Source of the DNA: Caulobacteraceae bacterium
GTDB taxonomy: Bacteria; Pseudomonadota; Alphaproteobacteria; Caulobacterales; Caulobacteraceae
Length of the DNA: 64,000 nt
Direction: 5' to 3'
Assembly (NCBI GenBank): GCA_019748095.1
Contig: JAIEQA010000008.1
Location: 10,625 to 74,624, forward strand
The translations under genes and the position numbers were made by a program. Each line of letters begins with the position of its first letter. Positions within the stretch are counted from its first letter, which is position 1. Shown one piece after another: positions 36,408-44,365 of this stretch. The notes beneath the pieces were generated by a model. That model made no database searches. It was not told the origin of the DNA and was given only the letters and a program-made list of their open reading frames with translations.

Positions 36408-37499
36408 TCAGAGCGGTGTGATCCGGTTGACGTGGGCCATCTTGCGGCCCGGTCGGGCCTCGGCCTTGCCGTACAGATGCAGGCGGTGGTCGGGTTTGGC
36501 CGCCAGCTTCGCCCACTGGTCGACATCGGCACCCAGAAGATTGGTCATCTGGACCCGGGCATGGGCGGTGACGGGACCCAGCGGCCAGCCGGCGATCGCG
36601 CGGATATGCTGTTCGAACTGGTCGCAGACGCAGCCGTCCTGGGTCCAGTGGCCGGTGTTGTGGACGCGCGGCGCGATCTCGTTGACCAGCAACTTGCCGT
36701 CGCCGAGGTCGAACAGTTCGATGCCGATGACCCCGACATAGGCGAGGCCTTCCAGCACGGCCGTGGCGATGGCGCGGGCGCGGCGTTCGGTTTTCGCATC
36801 GACGGCAGCGGGGGCGTGGGTGGTGCGCAGCACCCCGCCGGCGTGGTGGTTCTGACCCAGGGGATAGACGGCGATGGTCCCGTCACGGCCGCGGGCGGCG
36901 ATGATCGACAGCTCGCGGGCGAAGTCGGCCCGCGCCTCGAGGATGGCGGGGCGACCGCCGAGGGAGGCCAGGGCGGTCGCGGCCTGTTTGGCGGACTTGA
37001 TCCAGACCTGACCCTTGCCGTCATAGCCGTCGCGCCGGGTCTTGAGCAGGGCGGGCGTGCCCAGCGTCTGCAGGGCGGTGGTCAGGTCGTTCGGGCTGTC
37101 GATCGCGGCGAAGGCGACGGTGGAGGCCCCGACGGCGTTGAGGAAGGTCTTTTCCTCGACCCGGTCCTGGGCCACGGCCAGGGCCACGGGGCCCGGGGCG
37201 ACCAGGGCCCCGGCCTCGGCCAGGCGCTCGACCGAGGCGGCCGGGACGTTCTCGAACTCGAAGGTAACGACGTCGCAGACGCGGCCGAAGACGTTGAGGG
37301 CGGTGGGGTCGTCATAGGCGGCGACGATCTGGCCGCGCGAGACCCGGCCGGCGGGGCTGTTCTCCTCCGGGTCGAGGATGACGACGTCGAAGCCAAGGCG
37401 GGCGGCGGCCTGGGACAGCATACGGCCCAGCTGGCCGCCGCCGAGGATGCCGATCGTGGCCCCCGGGGCCAGGGGCGGGAGGTCGGACGGGGCGGCCAC
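36408..37499 (-). CDS. purK: 5-(carboxyamino)imidazole ribonucleotide synthase
   Basis: GTG start immediately after the purE stop. GILGGGQLGRM and an ATP-grasp core (EIAPRVHNTGHWT). Confidence 0.95.
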   Translation of the reverse strand: MAAPSDLPPLAPGATIGILGGGQLGRMLSQAAARLGFDVVILDPEENSPAGRVSRGQIVAAYDDPTALNVFGRVCDVVTFEFENVPAASVERLAEAGALVAPGPVALAVAQDRVEEKTFLNAVGASTVAFAAIDSPNDLTTALQTLGTPALLKTRRDGYDGKGQVWIKSAKQAATALASLGGRPAILEARADFARELSIIAARGRDGTIAVYPLGQNHHAGGVLRTTHAPAAVDAKTERRARAIATAVLEGLAYVGVIGIELFDLGDGKLLVNEIAPRVHNTGHWTQDGCVCDQFEQHIRAIAGWPLGPVTAHARVQMTNLLGADVDQWAKLAAKPDHRLHLYGKAEARPGRKMAHVNRITPL

Positions 37500-37991
37500 T
37501 CAGTCTTCGACCGTCTCGTGGACCGATTCGGTCTGGGCCTCGCGGAAGGCATCGAGGCGACCGGCGAGGATCGGATCCGACAGGGCCAGGATCTGGGCCG
37601 CGAGGATGCCGGCGTTCTTCGCCCCGGCCTCGCCGATGGCCAGGGTGGCGACGGGGACGCCGCCGGGCATCTGGACGATGGAGAGCAGCGAATCGAGACC
37701 CTTCAGGGCCTTCGACTGGACCGGTACGCCCAGCACCGGCAGGGGGGTCATGGAGGCGGCCATGCCGGGCAGGTGGGCGGCGCCGCCGGCCCCGGCGATG
37801 ATGACCTTGAAGCCCGCAGCCCGGGCCCCCGTGGCGAAGTCGAACAGGCGTTGGGGCGTACGGTGGGCGGACACGACCCGGGCGTCCCAGGCCACGCCCA
37901 GACGGTCCAGGGTGTCGGCCGCGTGCTTCATCGTGGGCCAGTCCGAACGGCTGCCCATGATGATCGCCACCGGAGGAGTCGGGGTCGCCAT
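37500..37991 (-). CDS. purE: 5-(carboxyamino)imidazole ribonucleotide mutase
   Basis: [20 protein letters not shown] and [10 protein letters not shown] motifs. 163 aa. Confidence 0.95.
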   Translation of the reverse strand: MATPTPPVAIIMGSRSDWPTMKHAADTLDRLGVAWDARVVSAHRTPQRLFDFATGARAAGFKVIIAGAGGAAHLPGMAASMTPLPVLGVPVQSKALKGLDSLLSIVQMPGGVPVATLAIGEAGAKNAGILAAQILALSDPILAGRLDAFREAQTESVHETVED

Positions 37992-38100
37992 ACTGCTGAG
38001 GGCCCTGCTGCGAAAGCGGCCGGTTACAGCACACGCGTTGCGCCCGCAACCAACCGCGTTAGCCTAGCGGTTCCCGGCGTCCGTCTGAGTCGCCCCCGGA

Positions 38101-38721
38101 GTGTCCTGCGCCGTGACCGACGCCGCCCGAACCGATCGCGTCACCGATCCGCTGGACGCCAGCCGGGCCGAGATCGCGCGGCTGAAGGCCGAGGTCGAGG
38201 CGCTGCGGGCGCGGACCCTGGAACTGGAACAGCGGGCCGCGGCGGCCGAGGCGGCGGCGGACCACGATGTCCTGACCCCGGTGCTGAACCGGCGGGGGTT
38301 CGTCACCGCCATGAGCCGCAGCATGGCCTATTGCACCCGCTACAAGGTGCCGGCCGTCCTGCTGTATCTGGATCTGGACGGATTCAAGCGGGTCAATGAC
38401 ACCCTGGGCCACGCCGCCGGGGATGCGGCCCTGGTGCGGGTGGCCGAGCTTCTGCTCGAGAATGTGCGGGCCACCGACGCCGTGGGGCGTCTGGGCGGGG
38501 ACGAGTTCGGCCTGCTGCTGCTGAACGCCGGGCCGGACGAGGGCCGGGAGAAGGCCGACGGGCTGAAACAGGCGCTGGAACAGGCGGCCTTTCTGTACGA
38601 AGGGCAGGCGGCGTCTCTGGGTGGATCGTTCGGGGTGCGGGCCTTTGCCGGGCAGCCGGACGCGGAGACCTGGCTGGCCGAGGCCGATGCGGCCATGTGG
38701 GTGCGCAAGCGCGGGCGTTAG
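38101..38721 (+). CDS. Diguanylate cyclase (coiled-coil + GGDEF domain) with an RxxD I-site
   Basis: N-terminal coiled coil (IARLKAEVEALRARTLELEQRAAAAEAAA). GGDEF domain with an intact RLGGDEFGLLL, and RATD five residues upstream (I-site). GTG start. Confidence 0.85.
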   Translation: MSCAVTDAARTDRVTDPLDASRAEIARLKAEVEALRARTLELEQRAAAAEAAADHDVLTPVLNRRGFVTAMSRSMAYCTRYKVPAVLLYLDLDGFKRVNDTLGHAAGDAALVRVAELLLENVRATDAVGRLGGDEFGLLLLNAGPDEGREKADGLKQALEQAAFLYEGQAASLGGSFGVRAFAGQPDAETWLAEADAAMWVRKRGR

Positions 38722-39000
38722 GCACCGGCGATGACCGGACAAAATGTCCGCGAAAACAGCGTGACATACCGTGACATTTCCGGGGGCGGTCCCGGAAAAC
38801 GCTTTTGAATCAGAGGTGCCGGTGTCTGCGGTTTGTCATGGTGACGGGATTATCGGAAATTGACGCCGCTGCTCACAGCGGACGTCAGGGGCCGGACCTG
38901 TCAAAGACCAGACCGTCAGATGGCGGCTCGGGGGAGGGATACAAGGGTGCGCGAGGAATAAAATCCGCAAGGCCAGTCCCGTGACCCGCCTGTCGTGACC

Positions 39001-39225
39001 TCAGGCGATGATGTCCGGCAGGATCCGGCCCTCGATCTGGACGATCTCGTCGCGCAGCAGAAGCTTCTTGCGCTTCAGCCGGGCGATCAGCAGCTGGTCG
39101 GGGACCGGCATGTGGCCGAGGGCCTCGATCGAGGCCTCGAGGTCGGCGTGCTCGAGCCGGAGGACCTTGACCTGGGCCTGCAGCGCCAGCTCTTCCTCGC
39201 TCAGAAACGGTTGGTCGTCGTTCAT
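39001..39225 (-). CDS. DUF465 (YdcH-like) domain-containing protein
   Basis: 74 aa. LRLEHADLEASIEAL....PDQLLIARLKRKKLLLRDEI is the DUF465 signature. Confidence 0.8.
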   Translation of the reverse strand: MNDDQPFLSEEELALQAQVKVLRLEHADLEASIEALGHMPVPDQLLIARLKRKKLLLRDEIVQIEGRILPDIIA

Positions 39226-39264
39226 GCCTGTCCCCGCGAAGGCGGGCTTATAGCCGAGGCCGGC

Positions 39265-39747
39265 TCAGGCCGGAAGGCGTTCGGCGAGATGGATCAGCGC
39301 AGGCCGGGGCACGACGCGGCTCCAGCCCCGGGCGACGGCCACCAGCCCCTCGATCGCGGGGGCGGGCGGGTCCACCTGAGGCCCGGCGAGTGCTTCCAGA
39401 CCGGCCAGCAGATGACGCTCTGCGGCAAGTTCGGCGGCCTTGACCTGGGTCCTGAGGGCCTCGCGGGCAGTGTCATCGATGTCGGGCAGGGGCTTTTTCA
39501 GGGTGCGTCGGATGGCGCGCAGCGGGGTGACGGCCGCCGCATCCCAGGCGCGGGCGGTGTCGCAGCCGGCCTCGACCATGTCGGAATCGAGGGTTCGGCC
39601 GGTGCCGGCCATCCAGGCGGCCCAGAGCAGGAGGGGGACGTTGTGGCCGTGGGCGTCCTGGAGCGACAGACAGGCCTCGGGCACACCCTCGGCACGATAG
39701 GCGGTCAGGGCCCAGTCCCAGAGGCTTGCTGGATGGCTATCGCTCAT
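39265..39747 (-). CDS. TIGR02444 family protein (DUF2390)
   Basis: LWDWALTAYRAEGVPEACLSLQDAHGHNVPLLLWAAWMA matches my recollection of the TIGR02444 N-terminal signature. 160 aa. Confidence 0.7.
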   Translation of the reverse strand: MSDSHPASLWDWALTAYRAEGVPEACLSLQDAHGHNVPLLLWAAWMAGTGRTLDSDMVEAGCDTARAWDAAAVTPLRAIRRTLKKPLPDIDDTAREALRTQVKAAELAAERHLLAGLEALAGPQVDPPAPAIEGLVAVARGWSRVVPRPALIHLAERLPA

Positions 39748-39750
39748 CTT

Positions 39751-39879
39751 CCGCTCATCCCCGCGAACGCGGGGACCCAGTCCTGTTGTTCGCCACGGTG
39801 CCGGGGATTGCGGTCAGCGCAGATTCGTTGGGGATCATCGCCCAAAGCACTGGGTCCCCGCGTTCGCGGGGATGAGCGG
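39751..39879. repeat. MITE/REP-like inverted-repeat element, family 2 (CATCCCCGCGAACGCGGGGAC type)
   Basis: Perfect 30-nt terminal inverted repeats (39751-39780 ccgctcatccccgcgaacgcggggacccag; 39850-39879 exact reverse complement). Each arm contains its own short hairpin (ccccgcgaacgcgggg). 69-nt spacer. Lies between ubiX and the TIGR02444 gene on the same strand. Confidence 0.85.
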
Positions 39880-39890
39880 AGAATTGGAAA

Positions 39891-40517
39891 TCAGACATCG
39901 CCTGCGCCCTTGAGCCCGTCCCAGCGGCGCACGGCTGACCAGTCCAGACCGAACTGGTCGAGGGCGCGACCGACCGACTGATCCACCATCTCGGCAATGG
40001 ACTTCGGTCGGGCGTAGAAGGCGGGCAGGGGCGGGGCGATGGTGGCCCCCATTTCGGCGAGGGCCGTCATGGTGCGCAGATGGCCGAGGTGGAACGGCGT
40101 CTCGCGTACCATCAGCACCAGCGGCTTGCGTTCCTTCAGCACCACATCGGCGGCGCGGGTCAGCAGGGTGGAGGTCACACCGGTGGCGATCTCGCTCATG
40201 GTCCGGACCGAACAGGGGGCGACGATCATGCCGAGCGTCCGGAAGGAGCCCGAGGCGATGGTCGCCCCGACGTCATTGAGGCGGTGCAGCACGGTGGCTT
40301 TCGACGTCAGCTCATCCGGCGTCAGATCGGTCTCCTGCGACAGGGTCAGCAGGGCGGCGCGGGTGACGACCAGATGGCTCTCGACCCCCAGATCCTTAAG
40401 GGCGTCCAGCACACGGACCCCGTAGATCACGCCCGAGGCCCCCGAAATACCGACTACGAGGCGGGAAGGGGAAGTCGGTACGGCCAAGTTCACATCAGGG
40501 TCCATATCGGGTGTCAA
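39891..40517 (-). CDS. ubiX: Flavin prenyltransferase UbiX
   Basis: VVGISGASGVIYG flavin-binding N-terminus, APCSVRTMSEIA and LKERKPLVLMVRETP. 208 aa. Confidence 0.93.
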   Translation of the reverse strand: MTPDMDPDVNLAVPTSPSRLVVGISGASGVIYGVRVLDALKDLGVESHLVVTRAALLTLSQETDLTPDELTSKATVLHRLNDVGATIASGSFRTLGMIVAPCSVRTMSEIATGVTSTLLTRAADVVLKERKPLVLMVRETPFHLGHLRTMTALAEMGATIAPPLPAFYARPKSIAEMVDQSVGRALDQFGLDWSAVRRWDGLKGAGDV

Positions 40518-40630
40518 TGTCTTCAGTGCCCGGTGTTTTTAACGGTCTGTTGACGTCACCGAACCGTGATTTCACAGACCGCAAATCCAGGCGCTCACTG
40601 TGTGGTCCCTTAGACATGGAGGCGCAAGCC

Positions 40631-40804
40631 ATGACCATCGAAGCTCGTATCCGCGAACTGGGAAACCGTCATCGCCAGCTGGACGAGACCATCCAGCGGG
40701 AGGTCTGGCGACCCGCCGTGGATGAGTTGCAGGTCAGGGAGCTCAAACGAAAGAAGCTCCGGCTCAAGGAGGAAATCATCAGTCTCGAGGCCCGGGCCGG
40801 ATAG
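40631..40804 (+). CDS. DUF465 (YdcH-like) domain-containing protein, second copy
   Basis: Start reset to ATG 40631. MTIEARIRELGNRHRQLDETIQRE....DELQVRELKRKKLRLKEEI follows the same pattern as the 39001-39225 protein. Confidence 0.75.
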   Translation: MTIEARIRELGNRHRQLDETIQREVWRPAVDELQVRELKRKKLRLKEEIISLEARAG

Positions 40805-40830
40805 GCCGGGTCGTAGTTCGAAAAGCGAAC

Positions 40831-40860
40831 GGCCCCGGGAGCGATCCCGGGGCCGTTTTT
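40831..40860 (+). terminator. Rho-independent terminator (possibly bidirectional) after the DUF465 gene
   Basis: Perfect 10-bp stem GGCCCCGGGA / TCCCGGGGCC with a GCGA loop, followed by GTTTTT. An A-rich tract on the 5' side could serve the convergent minus-strand gene. Confidence 0.8.
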
Positions 40861-40867
40861 CATTCCT

Positions 40868-40888
40868 CCCTCTCCCAGCGGGAGAGGG
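40868..40888. repeat. Solo hairpin module of repeat family 1
   Basis: CCCTCTCCC-agc-GGGAGAGGG, the same 9-bp stem module as the arms of the 48314-48483 element. Located just before the stop of the DUF1013 gene. Confidence 0.6.
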
Positions 40889-40895
40889 TAGATCG

Positions 40896-41561
40896 CTACT
40901 CGTTCGTGCCGAACACCGAGGCGGCGGTCGGTTCGGCAGTGCGGCGTTCGCGTTCCTCGGGGACGAACTCCGGCTCGGCGGGTTCGGCCTCGATCGGCTG
41001 GAGAGCGGCACCGCCCTTTTTCGCGTCGTCCTTGTTCTTTTTGTCGGCGGCCCTGGAGACCAGTTCGTCGAGGACCAGCTGGCCGACCAGGCCCAGGGTG
41101 ACCGGGTCGACCGGCTTGATCTGGGGGCTGTTCCAGTGGGTGCGGTTGCGCACGCTGTCGATGGTGGACTTGGTCGTGCCAAGCAGTTTGGCGATCTGGG
41201 CGTCGGTCACCTCGGGGTGATTCTTGACGAACCACATGATGGCGTCCGGGCGGTCCTGACGACGCGAGACGGGGGTGTATTTCGGGGCGGGCTTGTTGGT
41301 CTTCATCAGCTCGGCGTGGCGGCTGACGATGGCCTGCATGCGGTAGTTCTCGTTGGCCTGGGCCTTGTCGAGCTCCTCGCGTGCCAGCTGGCCCCCGGTG
41401 ATGGGATCGACGCCGCGGATGTCGCGGGCGACGTCGCCGTCGGCGATGCCGCGCACCTCGAGCGGGTGCAGGCCGCAGAAGGCGGCGATCTGCTCGAACG
41501 TCAGGGAGGTGTTGTCCACCAGCCAGACCGCAGTGGCCTTGGGCATGAGGATGTCTGTCAT
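40896..41561 (-). CDS. DUF1013 domain-containing protein (TrcR-like cell-cycle regulator family)
   Basis: Start reset to ATG 41561. MTDILMPKATAVWLVDNTSLTFEQIAAFCGLHPLEVRGIADGDVA and HPEVTDAQIAKLLGTTKSTIDSVRNRTHWN match the DUF1013 family. Listed ORF 40896..42431 has a non-homologous 290-aa extension. Confidence 0.85.
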   Translation of the reverse strand: MTDILMPKATAVWLVDNTSLTFEQIAAFCGLHPLEVRGIADGDVARDIRGVDPITGGQLAREELDKAQANENYRMQAIVSRHAELMKTNKPAPKYTPVSRRQDRPDAIMWFVKNHPEVTDAQIAKLLGTTKSTIDSVRNRTHWNSPQIKPVDPVTLGLVGQLVLDELVSRAADKKNKDDAKKGGAALQPIEAEPAEPEFVPEERERRTAEPTAASVFGTNE

Positions 41562-41774
41562 GGGCGTTGTCCCGGTGTGCGAGGCCCGGGCGAAGCCGGG
41601 CGCTGGATACGACGGCGCCCGACCTTTCGGCCGGGCGCGATGATCGGGATATAGGCGCATTCGGAGCAAAAGAAAACGCCGTCTGTCCGTGCCATACAGC
41701 CAAGGTTCATACTGACTGCTGGATATGATGATATCGCGGCGGTCAGACGCCTTGAGAAAAAGTTGGAGGGTACC

Positions 41775-42413
41775 ATGAAGACGATCGCCTTTTTCGCCGC
41801 CGGAGCTGTTCTCGCCTCGGCCGGTCTCGCCGCCGTGCCGCAGTCGGCCGAGGCCCAGTCGCGCGCCGCGCCGCGTGGCAGCTATGCCCAGAGCTGTTCG
41901 GGGGCCTATGTGAACCAGGGGCGGCTGTATGCGGATTGCCGCGACCGCTCCGGCAATCGGCGCCCGACGTCGATCGAACTGGCCCCTTGCTCGTCCAGCG
42001 ACATCGGCAACGACAACGGCCTGCTGGTCTGCCAGGGCGTGCGCGGGGAGTATGAGCGCGGCAACAACGGCGGTGGCAACAGCGGCGGGGGTTGGGGCGG
42101 CAACAACAACGGCGGCGGCTGGGGCGGTGGCAACAACGGTGGCGGCAACGGTCGCGACACCATCACCGTCTATCGCGACGCCAATTTCGGTGGCGGGTCC
42201 CAGACCTTCCGCGGCGAGGTCTACAATCTCGTCAGCAGCGGCTTCAACGACACCATCAGCTCGATGGAGTTCCGCGGTGTCTGGGAGGCCTGTACCGATG
42301 CCGAGTTCCGCGGCCAGTGCCAGGTCTTTACCGAGAATGTGCGCAATCTCAGCCGCTTTGGCATGAACGACAGCATCTCGTCGCTGCGTCCCGTGCGTCG
42401 CAACAACTGGTAG
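41775..42413 (+). CDS. Secreted protein: CVNH-like half-domain + Gly/Asn-rich linker + beta/gamma-crystallin domain
   Basis: ATG 41775 preceded by GGAGGG. Signal peptide MKTIAFFAAGAVLASAGLAAVPQSAEAQ. SCSGAYVNQGRLYADCRDRSGNRRPTSIELAPCSSSDIGNDNGLLVC resembles one cyanovirin-N (CVNH) repeat. Linker is GNNGGGNSGGGWGGNNNGGGWGGGNNGGGNG. Two Greek-key motifs: YRDANFGG...NDTISSMEF and TDAEFRGQ...NDSISSLRPV. Confidence 0.75.
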   Translation: MKTIAFFAAGAVLASAGLAAVPQSAEAQSRAAPRGSYAQSCSGAYVNQGRLYADCRDRSGNRRPTSIELAPCSSSDIGNDNGLLVCQGVRGEYERGNNGGGNSGGGWGGNNNGGGWGGGNNGGGNGRDTITVYRDANFGGGSQTFRGEVYNLVSSGFNDTISSMEFRGVWEACTDAEFRGQCQVFTENVRNLSRFGMNDSISSLRPVRRNNW

Positions 42414-42444
42414 GGCGCGCTCCGGGGCCACGGCCCCGGAGGCT

Positions 42445-43431
42445 TCACCCCCGGATCGCGCCGGTCGTCAGCACGATCTTGCCGACATGCTCGCCCGCCT
42501 CCAGCCGGAGGTGGGCGAGTTTCGCCTCGGCGAGCGGGAAGGTGGCCTCGACCGGCGGGCGGACCGCGCCGGACACCACCCAGGGCCAGACCGTCGCCTC
42601 TATGGCGGCGGCGAGGCGGGCCTTCTCGTCGTCGGAGCGCCGGCGCAGGGTCGACCCGGTGAGGGTCGCCGACTTCATCATCAGGCGCAGCAGGTCCACC
42701 TCGGCCAGACCCCCCGTCAGGGTGGCGATCACGACCCAGCGACCACCCGGCTTCAGGGCGTCCAGATTGAGCCCGGCATAGGCGGCCCCGACCATATCCA
42801 GCACGACATCCGCCCCGCCGGCGGCAGCGATGCCCGCCGCGAGGTTGTCGGCCGAGGCGTCGAGGCTGACGTCGGCCCCGAGCTCCAGCGCGGCCCGGGC
42901 CTTGGCGGCGGTACGGGAGGTGGCGATGACACGGGCCCCGGCGGCACGGGCCATCTGGATCGCCGTGACCCCGATGCCCGAGGTGGCCCCGTGCAGTAGC
43001 AGGGTCTGGCCGGCCTTCAGCCCTCCGGCCTCGAAGACGTTGGCGAACACCGTGAAGACCGTCTCGGGCAGGGCGGCGGCCTGGACGAAATCGAGGCCCT
43101 CCGGGACCGGCAGGGCATGGCGGGCGTCGACGACCGCCCGTTCGGCATAGCCGCCGCCGCCCAGCAGGGCACAGACCCGGTCGCCGATACGCCAGCGGGT
43201 GACACCCGAGCCGACCTGATCGACCTCACCGGCCACCTCCAGCCCGAGGATGTCGGAGGCTCCGGGCGGGGGCGGATAGGCCCCGGCCCGCTGCAGCAGA
43301 TCGGGCCGGTTGACCCCCGCCGCCCGGACCCGGATGCCGATCTGGCCCGGTCCGGCAACGGGATCGGGCCGCTCCGCCAGCCGCAGGGCCCCGGCGGGGC
43401 CGGAACCGCCGTCGATCTCGATGGCCTGCAT
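42445..43431 (-). CDS. NAD(P)H:quinone oxidoreductase (zinc-independent MDR, PIG3/Qor type)
   Basis: Start reset to ATG 43431 (MQAIEIDGGSGPAGALRL). VRAAGVNRPDLLQRAGAYPPPPGASDILGLEVAGEV and LLHGATSGIG cofactor motif. Confidence 0.9.
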   Translation of the reverse strand: MQAIEIDGGSGPAGALRLAERPDPVAGPGQIGIRVRAAGVNRPDLLQRAGAYPPPPGASDILGLEVAGEVDQVGSGVTRWRIGDRVCALLGGGGYAERAVVDARHALPVPEGLDFVQAAALPETVFTVFANVFEAGGLKAGQTLLLHGATSGIGVTAIQMARAAGARVIATSRTAAKARAALELGADVSLDASADNLAAGIAAAGGADVVLDMVGAAYAGLNLDALKPGGRWVVIATLTGGLAEVDLLRLMMKSATLTGSTLRRRSDDEKARLAAAIEATVWPWVVSGAVRPPVEATFPLAEAKLAHLRLEAGEHVGKIVLTTGAIRG

Positions 43432-43510
43432 GTCTGGCTCCTGGTCTTGCAATCGTCCGTGTCCGGGCGCGTAAATGGGGGTGTGCGAGGGGCTGGCCAA
43501 GGAGGCGAGG

Positions 43511-43717
43511 ATGACGTTCGACGATCTGGACCCGCGACCGCAGCGCGGGGCGGCCCTGACAGCCCTGGCTCGGGAGGACCTTGATCTGTACGCCGTCGAG
43601 GAACTGGGCGAGCGGATCGAGGCGCTGGAGGCCGAGATCACGCGGGTGCGGACCGCGCTCGCGGCCAAGGCGGCCAAGAAGTCGGCGGCCGACGCCCTGT
43701 TCAACTTCCGGCCGTGA
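43511..43717 (+). CDS. DUF1192 domain-containing protein
   Basis: Start reset to ATG 43511. EDLDLYAVEELGERIEALEAEITRVRTAL is the DUF1192 coiled-coil signature. Confidence 0.75.
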   Translation: MTFDDLDPRPQRGAALTALAREDLDLYAVEELGERIEALEAEITRVRTALAAKAAKKSAADALFNFRP

Positions 43718-43816
43718 TGCGGTTCCGCGCGCGGCCGTTCCGTGGCATGGCCGTTGCAGGCTGCGGGCCTGCGGTGCCGATCCGGCCCGACGGTCCAGCG
43801 GAACATCCGTGTCACG

Positions 43817-44356
43817 ATGAGTATGGTTGAGTTGATGGCCACCGAGGACGAGCCCGGACGGAAACTGGCGGACAAGGCGTCGCGCGCCGGCGAGATCCGC
43901 GATTTCGCGCGCTCCGAACTGTTCGACCGTACCTTTCAGGAAGGCATGGAACTGGTCGAGGAGACCGCCGCCTATCTGGACGGTGAGGGCCGGCGGGATT
44001 CCAAGCTGCTGTCGCGCTCGGCGGCCCTGGCCTATGCGGGCGAGAGCATGAAGCTGACGACGCGGCTTATGCAGGTGGCGTCCTGGCTTCTGGTGCAACG
44101 CGCGGTGCGCGAAGGCGACATGACCCCGGAGGCGGCCTGTGACGCCCGCTATCGCCTCGGCGAGCGGAAGGTCGAGGCCGAGCCCGGTCATCCCGAGATT
44201 CCCATGGCCCTGGTCGAATATCTGGTGCGCGCCGAAAAACTGTATGACCGGGTGCTGTATCTGGACCGGCGCATGTATCTGGATGATGCGCCGGAGCCGG
44301 ACGCCAATCCGGTGCTGAGCCAGATGGGACGTCTGGAAGCCGCGTTCCGGGAGTAG
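43817..44356 (+). CDS. DUF1465 family protein (RcdA-like regulator of CtrA degradation)
   Basis: Start reset to ATG 43817. FDRTFQEGMELVEETAAYLDGEGR..LAYAGESMKLTTRLMQVASWLLVQRAV fits my recollection of the DUF1465/RcdA helical-bundle family. Confidence 0.7.
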   Translation: MSMVELMATEDEPGRKLADKASRAGEIRDFARSELFDRTFQEGMELVEETAAYLDGEGRRDSKLLSRSAALAYAGESMKLTTRLMQVASWLLVQRAVREGDMTPEAACDARYRLGERKVEAEPGHPEIPMALVEYLVRAEKLYDRVLYLDRRMYLDDAPEPDANPVLSQMGRLEAAFRE

Positions 44357-44365
44357 ACGGCCGGC

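Noticed and set aside
38838-38984. 48-codon ORF (plus) in the 279-bp convergent spacer.
   Set aside because: No RBS, no hydrophobic or otherwise recognisable features, and atypical codon bias.
40539-40553. TTAA-N7-TTGA in the ubiX / DUF465 divergent spacer, considered as a CtrA box.
   Set aside because: One half-site deviates from consensus and there is no supporting symmetry. It is kept only as a remark.
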